A stretch of 64,000 bases of DNA from Phaeosaccion multiseriatum (taxonomy: Eukaryota > Protista > Ochrophyta, other classes): positions 868,001 through 932,000 of the forward strand of contig OZ218954.1 in assembly GCA_965112735.1 (NCBI GenBank), written 5' to 3'. This document shows, one piece after another, positions 42,172 to 54,485 of this stretch. The notes beneath the pieces were generated by a model, which saw only the letters and a program-made list of their open reading frames with translations, was not told the DNA's origin and did no database searches. Each line of letters opens with the position of its first letter. Positions within the stretch are counted from its first letter, which is position 1. Both the position numbers and the translations under genes were made by a program.

Positions 42172-43226
42172 TCGTTACGTTTTCTATCCTCCTTGCTATA
42201 GGATAGGGGCCGTCTCTCCCTCTCCATTTCTCCATGTGATGTCAGTCGAAACCCCCCACCATTCCACCCCCTTTGATTTTGACCCGTTCCTCCTCTCTCT
42301 CTCTCTCTCCCTCTCCCTCTCCCCCCCCCTCCCTCTTCCTGTCCCCCTCCCTCTCTCTCTCCCTCCCCCTCTCTTTCTCTCTCCCGGCCTCTCTGTACAG
42401 AGCCGCTCTTAAAGACAGATTGGCGGAAATGGAAGAGCGCTTGCAGGTACCGGCAGCTATACAAGTTGGTCGTACACAACTGAAATGCATCTCCGTTGCC
42501 TTACGGTGACCTGTCCATCTCTCTCTCCTCCCTCCCTCCCTCCCTCCCTCCCTCCCTCCCTCCCTCCCTCCCTCCCTCCCTCCCTCCCTCCCTCCCTCCC
42601 TCCCTCCCTCCCTCCCTCCCTCCCTCCCTCCCTCGCTCCCTCCCTCCCTCCCTCCCTCCCTCCCTCCCTCCCTCCTTCCCTCCCCCCCCTCCCTCCCTCC
42701 CTTCCGCCTCTCCTCTTCAGGTGTCGGAAAAGCGTCTCGCGGCAGAGGTGGGGCGATGGAAGGTGGAGGCAGATCGAGCCGACGAAATCACAGCTGGCAC
42801 TGAACGCATACGTCTCAAGGGGGAGGAGGCCGAGGAGCAGAGCAGACGATCGCTGGAGAGCATGCGCAAGATGGAGGAGGAGATGAAGAGGCACGAGCAT
42901 AGGGCGCAAGAGGCTCTTAGATCTATTGGCGAGGAGAAGCAGCGCGTGTTGGTGCTCCAGAAGGAGAAAGAGGGGCTCACAGGGGTCCTCAGAGACCAGG
43001 CCATACGCCTCAAGGAAGCGGAGGAGCTCCAGGTAAACAAGATTGGGCATTCTTACTTTTGTACTTTCAGTTTGACACCCACCCTCTGTCCTGACACCTA
43101 CTAACCCACCCACCCACCCACTCCCCGTCCTGACACCTTGCACACCCACTCTATGTATGATCTATCCTGCCTGACACACACACACACAAACACACACACA
43201 CAAACACACACACTCACACACACAAA

Positions 43227-43274
<48 letters not shown>

Positions 43275-45839
43275 CCCGAGCCACGGCCAACGCGCTATCC
43301 GCGCAAGCCAGTGAGAAAGAGGCCATCGGAAGGCAGTCGATGGCGGAGGGGAAGCTAGGGGGCTGCGAAGACGCCTTACGGTTACAGAAAGAGGAGACGG
43401 AGGAGACTCAGGCCCGACTGGCTCAAGTGGTTGCCCGCCTGGAGAAGGAGATGATGGCGAAGCTTAAGGCAGGGCTGGCGGCCAACGAAGCAAAGAGAGA
43501 GCTGAAGGAGAGAGAGGTCTTACTCAAGAGAAAGGCGGAGGAGATTGGGGCCATACAGGCCCAACTTGACCTGTACGCAGGCCTCCCCCTGCCGGAGCAG
43601 ATGGAGAGACTCGTGAATGACTTGAGGGCGCAGAGGGATGAGGAGCAGAGACGTGTGGTGGACTTGAGTCGCCAGCGGGAGGCGCAGGAACAGCAGCAGT
43701 TGGTGGTACAGCAGGAGCTACGCCAGCTGAGGGGAGGGGTAGAGGCTCTCTCTACGGAGCTGCGCGGCACAGAGGAGAAGGCCAAGGCAGCGGAGGCGGA
43801 GGCGACTCAGGCACTGAAGCAAAAGAAGGCGGCAGTCAAGGCCAGAGATCGAGTCGATGCTGAATTACAACACGCCAAGGAGAGAGAGGAGCAGGTGGAG
43901 AGAGAGAGGGACGAGCTCCGACAGCAGCTCGAAGAGATTCGGGTGGAAGCACCCTTTCTCTTTGGCCCAGGGGGGGGAAAGAGGGTGAAAAAGACGCTCA
44001 CCAACAGAAAGCAACCACCATTGCCTACTCCTGGAGAAGGAGCAGCAGCAGCAGTTGGTGATACAGTAGGTCCGGAGACGGCATCATCGCCCACGTACTT
44101 TGTCGCAGAGGAGGAGGAGGATGAGGAGGACTCAGCAGAGGCAGAGGCGGAAGCGAGGATGCTGGTTGAAGAAGCGCTACGCACACCCACCACGCTTACT
44201 CTTTTGCCCACCCTCATAAATGGGCACTCCTTCCACCCCAACAACAGTAACCAATACTATGCGGAAGGAACAGCAGCAGTAGCAGCAGCAGGAGGAGGAG
44301 GAGGAGGAGGAGGAAGGCAGTCCATGGCAAAGGGGAGCTCGAGTCCGGCTGAGGCGCTTGTGCGGCTGCTGCGAGCGAGGGAAGGCTCTATCCGAATACA
44401 GCTCCACGGGATTCGATCTTTGAAGGATCTCTGCGTCAGAGGAGGAGGAGGAGGAGGAGGAGGAGGAGGAGGAGGAGGAGGAGGGGGAGGAGGAGAAGAA
44501 GAAGGGGCGGAGCAGCAGCGAGCCTTGATAGGCACAGTGGGCGGCGTTGGTGTGGTGGTGGCGGCCATGGAGCGTTGGATGAGAGACGGAAACCTTCAGG
44601 AAGTAGGCATCAGAACGATTGCGGCTCTGTCCTTTGGCAACGACGAGAACAGAGTCGAGCTGGGGCGGAGGGGCGGGATTGCTCGGGTGCTGGGTGAGTC
44701 TTGGGCGTGGGGTGAGGGAGGTAGGGAGGGACAGAACTAGTCATCCTTGCGCTGCTCGATCTCACTGTCCTTGTCGTCTCCGTCCCTCCCTCCGTCCCTC
44801 CGTCCGTCCGTCCCTCCCTCCCTCCTTCCTTCCCTCGCTCCCTCCCTCTCCAGGAGCGATGGAGAGCTTCCCCAAAGATGCCCAGATGCAGCGTCTCTGC
44901 TGCACAGCGATCACCAATCTCTGGTGGGTAGTGGGTGGGTGCCTGTACGCTTGTGCGTGCGTGTGTCTGTGTGTGTATCTGCGTGCCTGTGTGGGCGCGT
45001 GAGTGCCCTCTCTCTCATTTTTTCTCATCTCTCTTCCCACTCATCTCTCTTCCCACCCCCCTCTCCCTCCCTCCCTCCCTCCCTCCCTCCCTCCCTCCCT
45101 CCCTCCCTCCCTCCTCTCCCTCCCTCCCTCCCTCCCTCCCTCCCTCCCTCCCTCCCTCCCTCCCTCCCTCCCTCCCTCCCTCCCTCCCTCCCTCCCTCCC
45201 TCCCTCCCTCCCTCCCTCCCTCCCTCCCTCCCTCCCTCCCTCCCTCCCTCCCTCCCTCCCTCCCTCCCTCCCTCCCTCCCTCCCTCCCTCGGTCTTCCTC
45301 TCAGCCACAACAGCCGTCCCAACCGTCAGGCGGTGCTTGCTGGTAGGGGGCTGCTGCTCGTCATGGACGCAATGCAAACCCTGCCCAGAGATGCCAAGTT
45401 GCAGCAGCAGGTAGGTGGGGGGGAGGAGAGGAGAGAGAGTTTCCAGTCTTTTCTTACTACTCTGTATACCTTCCCTCCCTCCATCCTCACGCCTGCCTCT
45501 CCCCCCACGATACAAAACCCTTTCGACCAACCAACCAATCAGGCGTGCTGCGTGCTTCTCACCCTCGCTGCTGACCATGACGTCAGTCGCATCATCGCCT
45601 CCGAAGGCGGGGTAGGAGCCATCCTCGCTGCCATGGTCAACCACGACACAGACGCCGCCGTACAGCACTTTGGCAGCTGGGCGGTGGGCAACATTGCTCT
45701 GGGGCAGCCCCGGGGGTTGAAACGGCTGGTGAGGCAGGAGGGGGTGGTGCAAGTCATGGAGGCGGCGTTGGAGAGGTTTCCTCAGCACGAGGGGCTAGTG
45801 GAGAGAGTGAGGGCTGCCTTGCATATTGTGGGCCACTAA
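38896..45839 (+). CDS. TKL-like pseudokinase + long coiled coil + armadillo repeats
   Basis: 'LGRGSYGEV', 'VALK', 'FIREMHVLAEVRHPNLLLFIG', catalytic loop 'HKSVSCKN' (40996-41019), 'KLAGVG' at the DFG position (41244-41252), 'YAAPE', 'DVFSLG', 'DRPT'. Coiled coil ~42400-43950. ARM repeats such as 'GGVGVVVAAMERWMRDGNLQEVGIRTIAAL' and 'EGGVGAILAAMVNHDTDAAVQHFGSWAVGNI'. The 5' end is uncertain; an upstream exon near 38410-38550 is possible. Confidence 0.82.
39792..39987. repeat. (GGA)n exonic microsatellite encoding ~65 Gly inside the pseudokinase N-lobe
   Basis: In frame between 'VALK' and 'FIREM'. Confidence 0.9.
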
Positions 45840-45998
45840 CACTAACACTCCCCTTCTTCTACTAACCACTAACACTAACACTACTATAGGCTAGAGGAGG
45901 CGGATGAGGGGTGTAGGGTTAGTACCCAAGGGAAAGGTGGAGGACGAGTGGGTAAAAGCTGTGGTTGGAGGATAAGTTAAAACATACTTCGAAGTTAT

Positions 45999-46039
<41 letters not shown>

Positions 46040-46137
46040 TATATATATATGTATGTATATATAAATATATATATGGGGAGCCCTTAAGCAAACCCTTACA
46101 GAAGCGACACGTAAGATTAGACAAGCGAAAGCCCGTT

Positions 46138-48603
46138 TCAGTTTCCTGCGTCAAAAACCACGCTCCCCTCGTTGCTGTCCAACACCCTGGCCGGGAGTCC
46201 GAGCTCTTCGTTGAGGTACGCAAGCACGGCAGGCTTGAGTACGCTGATGCCGTCCGGGCTGCCACGACCTCGGCCCGTGATGACCGTGATACGGCCTTTC
46301 GCCTTCTCTACTTGGAGGGCATGGCGGAGGGCGGCCTTGGCGGTCCAGCCAGTGTGGTCATGCAAGTCCATGACCCTTCCCTTCTTGCCCCTGCTCCAAT
46401 GGGACATGACATTGTTGGCGACGGCCTGTGCGTATACCTCATCCGCCAAGCTCCATTGCTCGCTCACAGATAGGGCCCCGATGGCGACTTTGTAGGTTGC
46501 TTCATTCGGCGGTGCTCCTTTGCCTGCTTGTTCGTCGTTGCGCATCTCGTTCAAAAGAGTCATCACCTTGTCGTACTCTCCTGCATTGCCACAAGCCGTC
46601 ATGGCGGAGCTGTAGCAGATTGCATTGGGTTGAAGGCCCTCTCCTCGCATCTGCTCTAGTAATTCCAATGCCTTTTCGTACTCTCCTGCATTACCACAAG
46701 CGCTGATGGCGGAGCTGTACGAGATTTCGTTGGGCTGAAGGCCTTCTTCCAACTGCTGCATTTCCCTGAGCAAGTCAATCGCCTTTTCGTGCTCTCCTGC
46801 CTTGGCACACGCATCAATCGCAGCGTTGTACGAAATGTCATTGAGCTGAAGGCCCTCTTCCCGCCTCATGTCCTCCAGCAAGTCCAATGCCTTTTGGTAC
46901 TGTCCTGCCTTGCCGCAGGCGTTAATCGCAGAGCTGTAGGAGATTTCGTTGGGGTGGAGGCCTTCCTTCCGCATTTCCTCTAGCAAGGCAAGCGCCTTGT
47001 CGTGATCTCCTGCATTGCCACAAGCATCCATTGCAGAGTTGTACGTAATGACGTCAGGCCGAAGCCCTTCCCTCCGCATCTCCTGCAGCAAGTCAACTGC
47101 CTTGTCGGGCTCTCCTGCCTTGGCACAAGCACTAACCGCAGAGTTGTACGAGATTTCATTGGGTTGCAGGCCTTCCTTCCTCATCTCCTCCAGCAAGCCC
47201 AACGCTCGGTCGTGCTGTTGTGCGTTACCATACGCTTCCATCGCAGCATTGTACGAAATGACGTCAGCCCCGAACCCTTCCCTTGACATCCCCCTTAGCA
47301 AATTCAATGCCTTGTCGGGCTCTCCTGCCTTGGCGCAAGCACTAATAGCAGAGTTGTAGGAGATTTGGTTGGGTTGAAGGCCTTCCTTCCGCATCTCCTT
47401 TAACAAGTCCAGTGCCTTATCGGGCTCCCCCGCGTTGCCACATGCAGTAATCGCAGAATTGTACGAGATTGCATCAGGGCGAAGCCCCTCCTTCCGCATA
47501 CTCTGGAGCAAGTCAATCGCCTTTTCCTGTTTTCCTGCCACCTTGGCGTTGGCACACGCAGAGATTACAGAGTTGTACGTGATGACATCCACCCGAAGCC
47601 TTTCCCTGCGCATGTCCTCCAACAATTCCAGCGCCTTGTCGGGCTGTCCTGCCTTGGCACAAGCAGAAATGGCAGAGCTGTATGAGATGGCATTGGGTTG
47701 AAGTCTTTCTTCTCGCATCTCCTTTAGCAAGTCCAATGCCCTTTCATACTCTACTGCATTGGCACAAGCAGTAATCGCAGAGTTGTACGAGATTTGATTC
47801 GGGCGAAGGCCATCTCCCTTCATCTCTGCCAGCAAGCCCAGCGCCTGCTCGTGCCCTCCTGCATTGGCGCACGCAGAAATGGCCGAGCTGTACGATATCA
47901 CGTCGGGTCGGAGATTGCGCGTGCGCATTTCTTTCAACAAGTCAATCGCCTTGTCGTACTGCCCTGCCTTGCCACACGCAGAAATCGCAGAGTTGTACGA
48001 AATCTCATTGGGTTGAAGCCCTCCCCACCGCATCTCCGCCAGCAAGTCCAGCGCCTTGTCGAACTGCCCTGCCTTGCCACAAATACTGATGACAGAGTTG
48101 TACGCAATGACATCGGGGTGCAGACCACTGGCCTTCATCTCCTCGAGTAACGCGAGCGCACCCTTCCAGCGCCCAGCTTTACCCACCGCTGAAATGGATG
48201 CCCCATACACAATGACATTCAACGGAAGCCCGTCTGCTTTGGCCTGCTCCAGCACCTTTGCAACGCCGCGAAAGTCGCGCACATTTCCAAGTCTCTGTAT
48301 CTCCTTGGTCAATCCTATTTGCCTCTTTCTTTCCGTGGTACCACCACCTCGGCCAGCAGACCCTCGGCCAGCAGACCCTCGGCCAGCAGACCCTCGACCA
48401 GCGCCTCGTCCCTCGCTACCCGCTTGTTCCAGGACGTGAGACGTTGGTCTTGTTTCCCGTCCAGCAGAGTTCAAATGTCGTATCACCCACGAGTGTGTGA
48501 AAGCAGCAGCCGGGGGAGCACCATCTCCACCACCAGCGCACAGTCCCCCTCCCCCTACCACCGCGGGTATGAAGCCCGCCGTGGCGGTACCCGTCATCGT
48601 CAT
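46138..48603 (-). CDS. P-class pentatricopeptide repeat protein with a C-terminal SMR domain (PPR-SMR), single exon
   Basis: 821-aa ORF with about 17 tandem 35-aa repeats (xISYNSAISACxKAGxxDKALxLLxEMRxEGLxP[ND]). Smr domain 'MDLHDHTGWTAKAALR...ITVITGRGRGS...LKPAVLAYL...NEGSVVF'. Confidence 0.95.
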   Translation of the reverse strand: MTMTGTATAGFIPAVVGGGGLCAGGGDGAPPAAAFTHSWVIRHLNSAGRETRPTSHVLEQAGSEGRGAGRGSAGRGSAGRGSAGRGGGTTERKRQIGLTKEIQRLGNVRDFRGVAKVLEQAKADGLPLNVIVYGASISAVGKAGRWKGALALLEEMKASGLHPDVIAYNSVISICGKAGQFDKALDLLAEMRWGGLQPNEISYNSAISACGKAGQYDKAIDLLKEMRTRNLRPDVISYSSAISACANAGGHEQALGLLAEMKGDGLRPNQISYNSAITACANAVEYERALDLLKEMREERLQPNAISYSSAISACAKAGQPDKALELLEDMRRERLRVDVITYNSVISACANAKVAGKQEKAIDLLQSMRKEGLRPDAISYNSAITACGNAGEPDKALDLLKEMRKEGLQPNQISYNSAISACAKAGEPDKALNLLRGMSREGFGADVISYNAAMEAYGNAQQHDRALGLLEEMRKEGLQPNEISYNSAVSACAKAGEPDKAVDLLQEMRREGLRPDVITYNSAMDACGNAGDHDKALALLEEMRKEGLHPNEISYSSAINACGKAGQYQKALDLLEDMRREEGLQLNDISYNAAIDACAKAGEHEKAIDLLREMQQLEEGLQPNEISYSSAISACGNAGEYEKALELLEQMRGEGLQPNAICYSSAMTACGNAGEYDKVMTLLNEMRNDEQAGKGAPPNEATYKVAIGALSVSEQWSLADEVYAQAVANNVMSHWSRGKKGRVMDLHDHTGWTAKAALRHALQVEKAKGRITVITGRGRGSPDGISVLKPAVLAYLNEELGLPARVLDSNEGSVVFDAGN

Positions 48604-48849
48604 TTCACACCACGTTTGTGGTAGGAAAGACTTGCCAGGCCGGTTGGTCCTTCATCATTGCCAGTTGAGGGGGAAAAAAAATCCCATTTTAACCCTTTCA
48701 TTTACTGTAAGTTACAGTAAATGAATCCATGCAGTCCCTAGCAACACGTGCTCCCGCTCCCGCCGCCGCCCCCCCATCGCTGGTGGTGGTGCTCTGTTCC
48801 TTTCACGTTAGAAATTGACATTGATTTTGATTTTGATACAACGCTCGCC

Positions 48850-51800
48850 ATGGCTGGTACTCGCCTCCTGGCTCTGCTAAGCATCATAGCCTTTGGCCTA
48901 CTCGTGGCCCCATGGGCGTGGCGACAAGGATCGGTGCCTCGGACTCCCCTCGTGGTGCCGCGGCATCTCCTTCGGGCGGCAGGAGACGGGAGCCATGAAC
49001 CAGCAGGCGCACTCCTGAAGGTGGATGTTGTCTTGCTCGTGCAAGAGGGCCTGCAAGGCGATGACAATGCGCAGTGTCCAGGTCTGCTCAGGGCAATGGG
49101 ACAGGGCTGGGACGGCAGCGACGGCTGGTACATGGACCCCCGAACCAGCAGGCAGAGCAGTCAGCACCAGGTTCTGCGGGTGGAAGCAGGACTTCGGTCG
49201 GCGGAGCTCCCGACTGACTCGGCCCTTCCCGAACTCCTCTCGAGCTTCGCTGTTGCTGCTGCTGCTGCTGCAGGGGAAGGAGGAGGAGGAGGAGGAGGAG
49301 GAGGAGGAGGAGGAGGAGGAGCAGCAGCAGCTGCTGCCACTGCGGTGGACGATGGGCTTCTGACGCTGGCTGCGCCCGCCTCCGTCTCGAGCCCATCCTA
49401 CTCTCTCTTTGTGGCCTGCGGGGCCCCGCAGCTGCGCTCCCCGCTCTTCACCATGGGCAAGTACCGGCACGGCATCCTTCTCTTGGCGTCAGAGCAAGGG
49501 CAAGGTGGCGGTCAAGGCGCTACTGCCGCAGCAGCTGCGAGGGAGGGCTTGCTGCTGTTCGCGCGAAGCGCTTTCGAACACGTGCTGGGCGGGGGAGGGC
49601 TGCTGGAAATGGAGGAGGAGGCGGAGGAGGATGGTACGTAATGTTGAGATACACTTTCTGTGTCTGCGCGTCATGTATAACCTCAAGCGCCTGCGGTCCA
49701 CACAATGAGGTCGGCGCCTGCATGGAGGGACAGATGGACAGTGGGATGGTTCAGTGGGTGGGTGAGAGGTCTCATCTTCACCAATCTTTCCCTCTCTCTC
49801 TATCGCTCTCTCTATCCCTGCCTCTTTCTCTCATCTCTCGCTCCCTCTCTCTGTCTCTATCTCCATCATGTCTCCCTCCCTCTCTATCTCTCTCATCTCT
49901 CTCGCTCCCTCTCCCTCTCTCTCGCTCTATCTCCATCATCATCTCTCTCCCTCTTTTCTGTCTCGCTCCGTTTCGCTCTCGCTCTGTCGCTCTCTCTCTC
50001 CCCCTCTCAAGCTTTCCCCCTCCTCTTATCATTTTCCCTCTCTCTCCATCCGTCCGCGTCCTCCCTGTTTGATTCGATTGCCACCCCTTCCTCTCTCCTC
50101 CTTGCTCGCTCGCTCGCTCCCTCGCTCGACCCCCCCGACCCTCACACGCACACATCAAGCAGGAGGAGGAGGACAAGGAGGACGTGGGGCAGACCTGCAC
50201 GTTCGCGTAAGCCCTTCTTACAAGCTCACTTTCTCTCTCCTCGTGCAAGACCCCGCCCTCCGCCGCTGTCGCTGGGACAACTTCGCCCTCATCGAGAGGG
50301 CCCTCCTCCGGTGGGTACCCATGAGCACGTCGAGTTGGGTGGTGGTCTGAGGCATGGGTCGATGCTCTCCGTTTGGAGGGTGGAGTTTCGTTTATGTGAC
50401 ACCGTATCAATAATTGAAACACCTCGAATTAGTTGGGGTCGAGATGATATCGAAGCTTCTGTGCGTACTTCAAAAGTAATATTGCCGTCGCTGCTCTGGT
50501 GAAGGATAGTAAACTGAAACTGAAGGGCTGACCCCTTCCCAAAACCCCATATATGCCTCAGGCCCTTCTTACGAAAGCTCGAGGCCGTTGCCCGCTTCGA
50601 AGTTCGATCGCAGGAGCTGTTCTACGCCAGGCTATCCGACGTTACGCCCGCCACTGGAGCGGTAGGAGGAGGACGGGGAGGAGGAGGAGTAACAGCAGCA
50701 GCAGCAGCAGCAGGAGGAGGAGGAGCAGCAGCAGCAACAGCAGGGCGGCCAATGGTACCTTCCTCGTCTTCAGCAGTTGGTGATTCAGCAGCAGAAGCAA
50801 ACAATCCTACTGCGTCTGCGTACTTCCTGTCCCCGCACGACTTGCAAGGCTTCCTAGGGATGAACGACTTTAGCACATTTGTGGTTGGCGACAAGGCGCG
50901 CATGGCAGAGCAGCAGCAGGAGATAGGTGAGAGATCGGCGGGGGGAGGGAGGGAGGGAGGGAGGGAGAGAGGGAGGGAGGGAGGGAGGGAGGGAGGGAGG
51001 GAGGGAGGGAGGGAAGGAGGGAGGGAGGGAGGGAGGGAGGGAGGGAGAGCGAAGAAGAGAGGAGAGATGGGGGGAGGGAAGGAGGGGGGGAGAGAGGGAG
51101 ACAAGGAGGGATGGAGGGAGGGAGGGAGGGGGAGGGGGGGCGAAAAAGGAGGGGAGATTGAGGGAGGGAGGGAGGGAGGGAGGGACAGGGAGGACGGGCT
51201 TGCGGTGTGCTGGTGCGGTCCAAGATGGGTGCAGTGTGTGCAGGTGTTTGAACCCATTGGTGCATTGTGTCTTTAGAGCTGTTCGGTGAGTATGCCGTGC
51301 GTGCATGTCCTCCTCCTTCTTTCTCTCCCCCTCTATCTCATACATCACACCATCCCCCCCCCTCCCCTTCTTCTCTCTTCTCCGAAAATACGCCTGCCCT
51401 CCCGTCCGTTCTCCAGCGCTGGAGTTTCAGCTCTTTTGCCCTATCCCCTCGCAGTCTCCCCTCCTCTTCAGGGACCAAGCAGCAGCAGCAGCAGCAGCAG
51501 CAGCAGTTGGTGATACAGGAGAAGGGGGAGGAGCGAAGCACGTTGTAACCGTCGCCTCCGCCTTTGAGATGCCGGGCATTGGGGGGGTGGCTGTGGCTAA
51601 CTGTTATCCAGGTAGGTACCACTCGCTGCCGCCTGCCCCCGGCCTTTTGCAGGGCATAGAGTATATATATACATATAGCCCATGGCGCCCCACCCTCTTT
51701 CTCTGTCTCTTGTTGTCTCCCTCCCTCTCCCTCTCTCTGTGTCTCTCTTCCTCCCTCTTTGTGGCTGCCTCTCTCTCTCCCCCTTATTCTCTCTCTGTGC

Positions 51801-53469
51801 TCCTCCTCTCCTCCTCCTCTCCTCTCCTCTCCTCGGTCCGCCCAACAGATGCCGATTCCCCCTCGCTCCACTGTGGCCTTGACAGCCCACTCTCTCCTCG
51901 AGACGAGAGCGTCCGCCAAGCCATGGCCGCCTTTGTCACTCAGCTGAGGAGAATCGTAGGCCTGCCTAGCCCGAGCGTTCGCCCACGGAAGCTTCCCATC
52001 GCCGCTTCGCTGCTGGGCTCCAAAGAGACTACAAATGGCACTAGCGGCACAGTGCAGGCCGTCTGGCTGCCCTCTCCCAAAGATGCCGTTACGGATTGGG
52101 AACTGGTGAGTGAGTGAGTGAGTGAGTGAGTGAGTGAGTGAGTGAGTGAGTGAGTGAGTGAGTGAGTGAGTGAGTGGAGTGAGTGAGTGAGTGAGTGAGT
52201 GTGTGGGTGGGTGAGTGAGTGAGTGTGTGAGTGAGTGAGTGAGTGAGTGAGAGAGTGAGTGAGTGAGTGAGTGAGTGAGTGAGAGAGTGAATGAGTGAGT
52301 GAGTGAGTGAGTGAGTGAGTGAGTGAGTGAGAGAGTGAGGGAGTGAGGAAGTGAGGAAGTGAGGGGGGGACTGAGAGAGGGAGGGAGTGAGGGAGCGCTC
52401 CCGTTTGGGGGGTGGGGTTGGGGTTGGGGTTTGAGTTTCAGATGTATGTTTCACTTTGTCAAACCCGGGAGAAGGTCGGAGGAAGCGAAGAGGACGCCGT
52501 GCATCGACGTTTTTGCACACGTATGGAAAGCAAGCACCTTCTGTGGAGGTACACTCTGTGCGGGCTTGTGTATTTTGTCGGTCTCTCTCTCTCCTGTCTC
52601 TATATCTATGTCTCTCTTACGTCTCTGTCTCTATCAATCCGTCTCTCGTATCTCCTTCTCTCTATGCGTATGTTGCCTCTCTTTTGTTTCTCTATCCTTC
52701 TCTCTCTCTGTGTGTTCTCTATGGCTGTGTGTGTGCGTGTGTTTGCTCTCTGCCTACTTCTCTATCCCTCCCTCTCTCTCTGTGTTCTCCATCTCTCTCT
52801 TGTCTCTGAATCTCTGTGTGTGTGCGTGCGTGGTCTCTCGCACCTCTCTGTCTCTGTATCCGTCTCTCGTATCTCCCTCTCTCTCTGCATGTGTGCGTGT
52901 GTTTGCCCTCTCCCTATATCTGTATCCCTCTCTCTCTCTGCGGGTATTGTGTGTCTCTTTGCCCTCTCCCTATATCTGTATCCCTCTCTCTCTCTCTGCG
53001 GGTATTGTGTGTCTCTCATCTCTGCCTGTGTGTGTTTTGTCTCTCTCACCTCTCCATCTCCATCTAACCCTCTCTCGGATCTCCCTCTGTCTCCATGTGT
53101 CCGTATGTATGCGTGTGTGGCCTCTCCATCTCCATCTAACCCCTCTCTGTCTGTGTCTTGTCTGTCTTGTGTCTCATTTGCTCTCTCTCTATGTGTGCGC
53201 ATGTTGCCTCTCCCTATTTCTTAATCCCTCTATCTCTCTCTGTGGGTCCGTGTCCATATGCTGGCAGGATGCCCTCCTACGAAGACGTCTTATTCACCAC
53301 CGCACCACAGCCGTGGCATCTCTCCGGTCCCTCCTGTCCCTCCTGGAGCGGATGCCCCAGATGGAGGTCAGCGAGGCAGTGGCGAAGCGAGTCCGATCCG
53401 CTGTCAGCTCCATCCTCCGTCTCGACCAAGAGCTACTGAATCAGGCACCAGGCAGTAGCAGCAGCAGCC

Positions 53470-53510
<41 letters not shown>

Positions 53511-54485
53511 GCAAACCGAGGAAGGGATGGAGGAGACGGAGAGGGGGCGGGTTTGGATGGAGGACAAGAGGAAGCTCAAACTCAAAGTCAGGAAGGTGGT
53601 GGGGGACAAGGTGTGAGTGTGGATTGGCGGAGAGCCATGTTGCTCGCCCGCCATGCTCTAGTAGATGCGGAAACCGCGTACTTCGACCCCTCCATGCTGC
53701 CGCAGGTGAGTGAATGGGCGAGTGAGTGGGGGAGGGAGAGACGGAGGGTGAGTGGGTGAGAGTGAGTGAGTGAGAGAGTGAGTGAGTGAGGGAGTGAGTG
53801 AGAGAACGAGTGAGAGGGTGAGAGTGAGTGCCTGAGTGGGTGTGGGAGTGAGGGAGGGAGTGAGTGAGTGGGTGGGTGAGTGGGTGAGTGAGTGAGTGAG
53901 TGAGTGAGTGAGTGAGTGAGTGAGTGAGTGAGTGAGTGAGTGAGTGAGTGAGTCAGTGAGTGAATCAGTGATAGAGTGAGGGAGGAAGGAAGGGAGGGGG
54001 GGAGGGAGGGAGGAAGTGACTGAGAGTATGTGAGTGAGCGAGGGAGGGAGGCAGTGAGTGAGGGAGTGAGTCAGTGAGTGAGTCAGCGGGTGAGGGAGGG
54101 AGGAAGTGAGTGAGAGTAAGTGAGGGAGGGAGGGAGAGTGAGTCAGTGAGTGAGTGAGGGAGGGAGGGAGGGAGGGAGTCAGTGAGTGAGTTTCTCAGTG
54201 AGTGAGGGAGGGAGGAAGTGAGTGAGTGAATCAATGAGTGAGTGCTCTTTTTTCCTTCTTCCCCTCATCCTTCTCTCTCTACCTCCCTCTCCATCTTTTC
54301 TCCCTCTCTTCGCTCATTCCCCCTCCCTCCCTCCCTCCCTCCCTCCCTTCCTTCCCCAGCTCTACTTTGCCACAGAGCACCAGCTGGCTGTGTATCTCCC
54401 CCTCCTCGCCCCCATCGCCGCCCCCATGCTCGTCGGGCTGCTACAGGAGACCAAGAGGTACCGCGCGAAGGGGCGGAAACCGTAA
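48850..54485 (+). CDS. PIGS: GPI transamidase component PIG-S (Gpi17)
   Basis: N-terminal TM plus 'PWAWRQGSVPRTPL'; 'SPSYKLTFSLL'; 'FVTQLRRIVGL'; 'VTDWELDALLRRR'; 'ASLRSLLSLL'; C-terminal signature 'AETAYFDPSMLPQLYFATEHQLAVYLPLLAPIAAPMLVGL'. Confidence 0.9.
52105..52335. repeat. (GAGT)n microsatellite beginning at a PIGS splice donor
   Basis: CTG|GTGAGTGAGTGAG... Confidence 0.95.
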
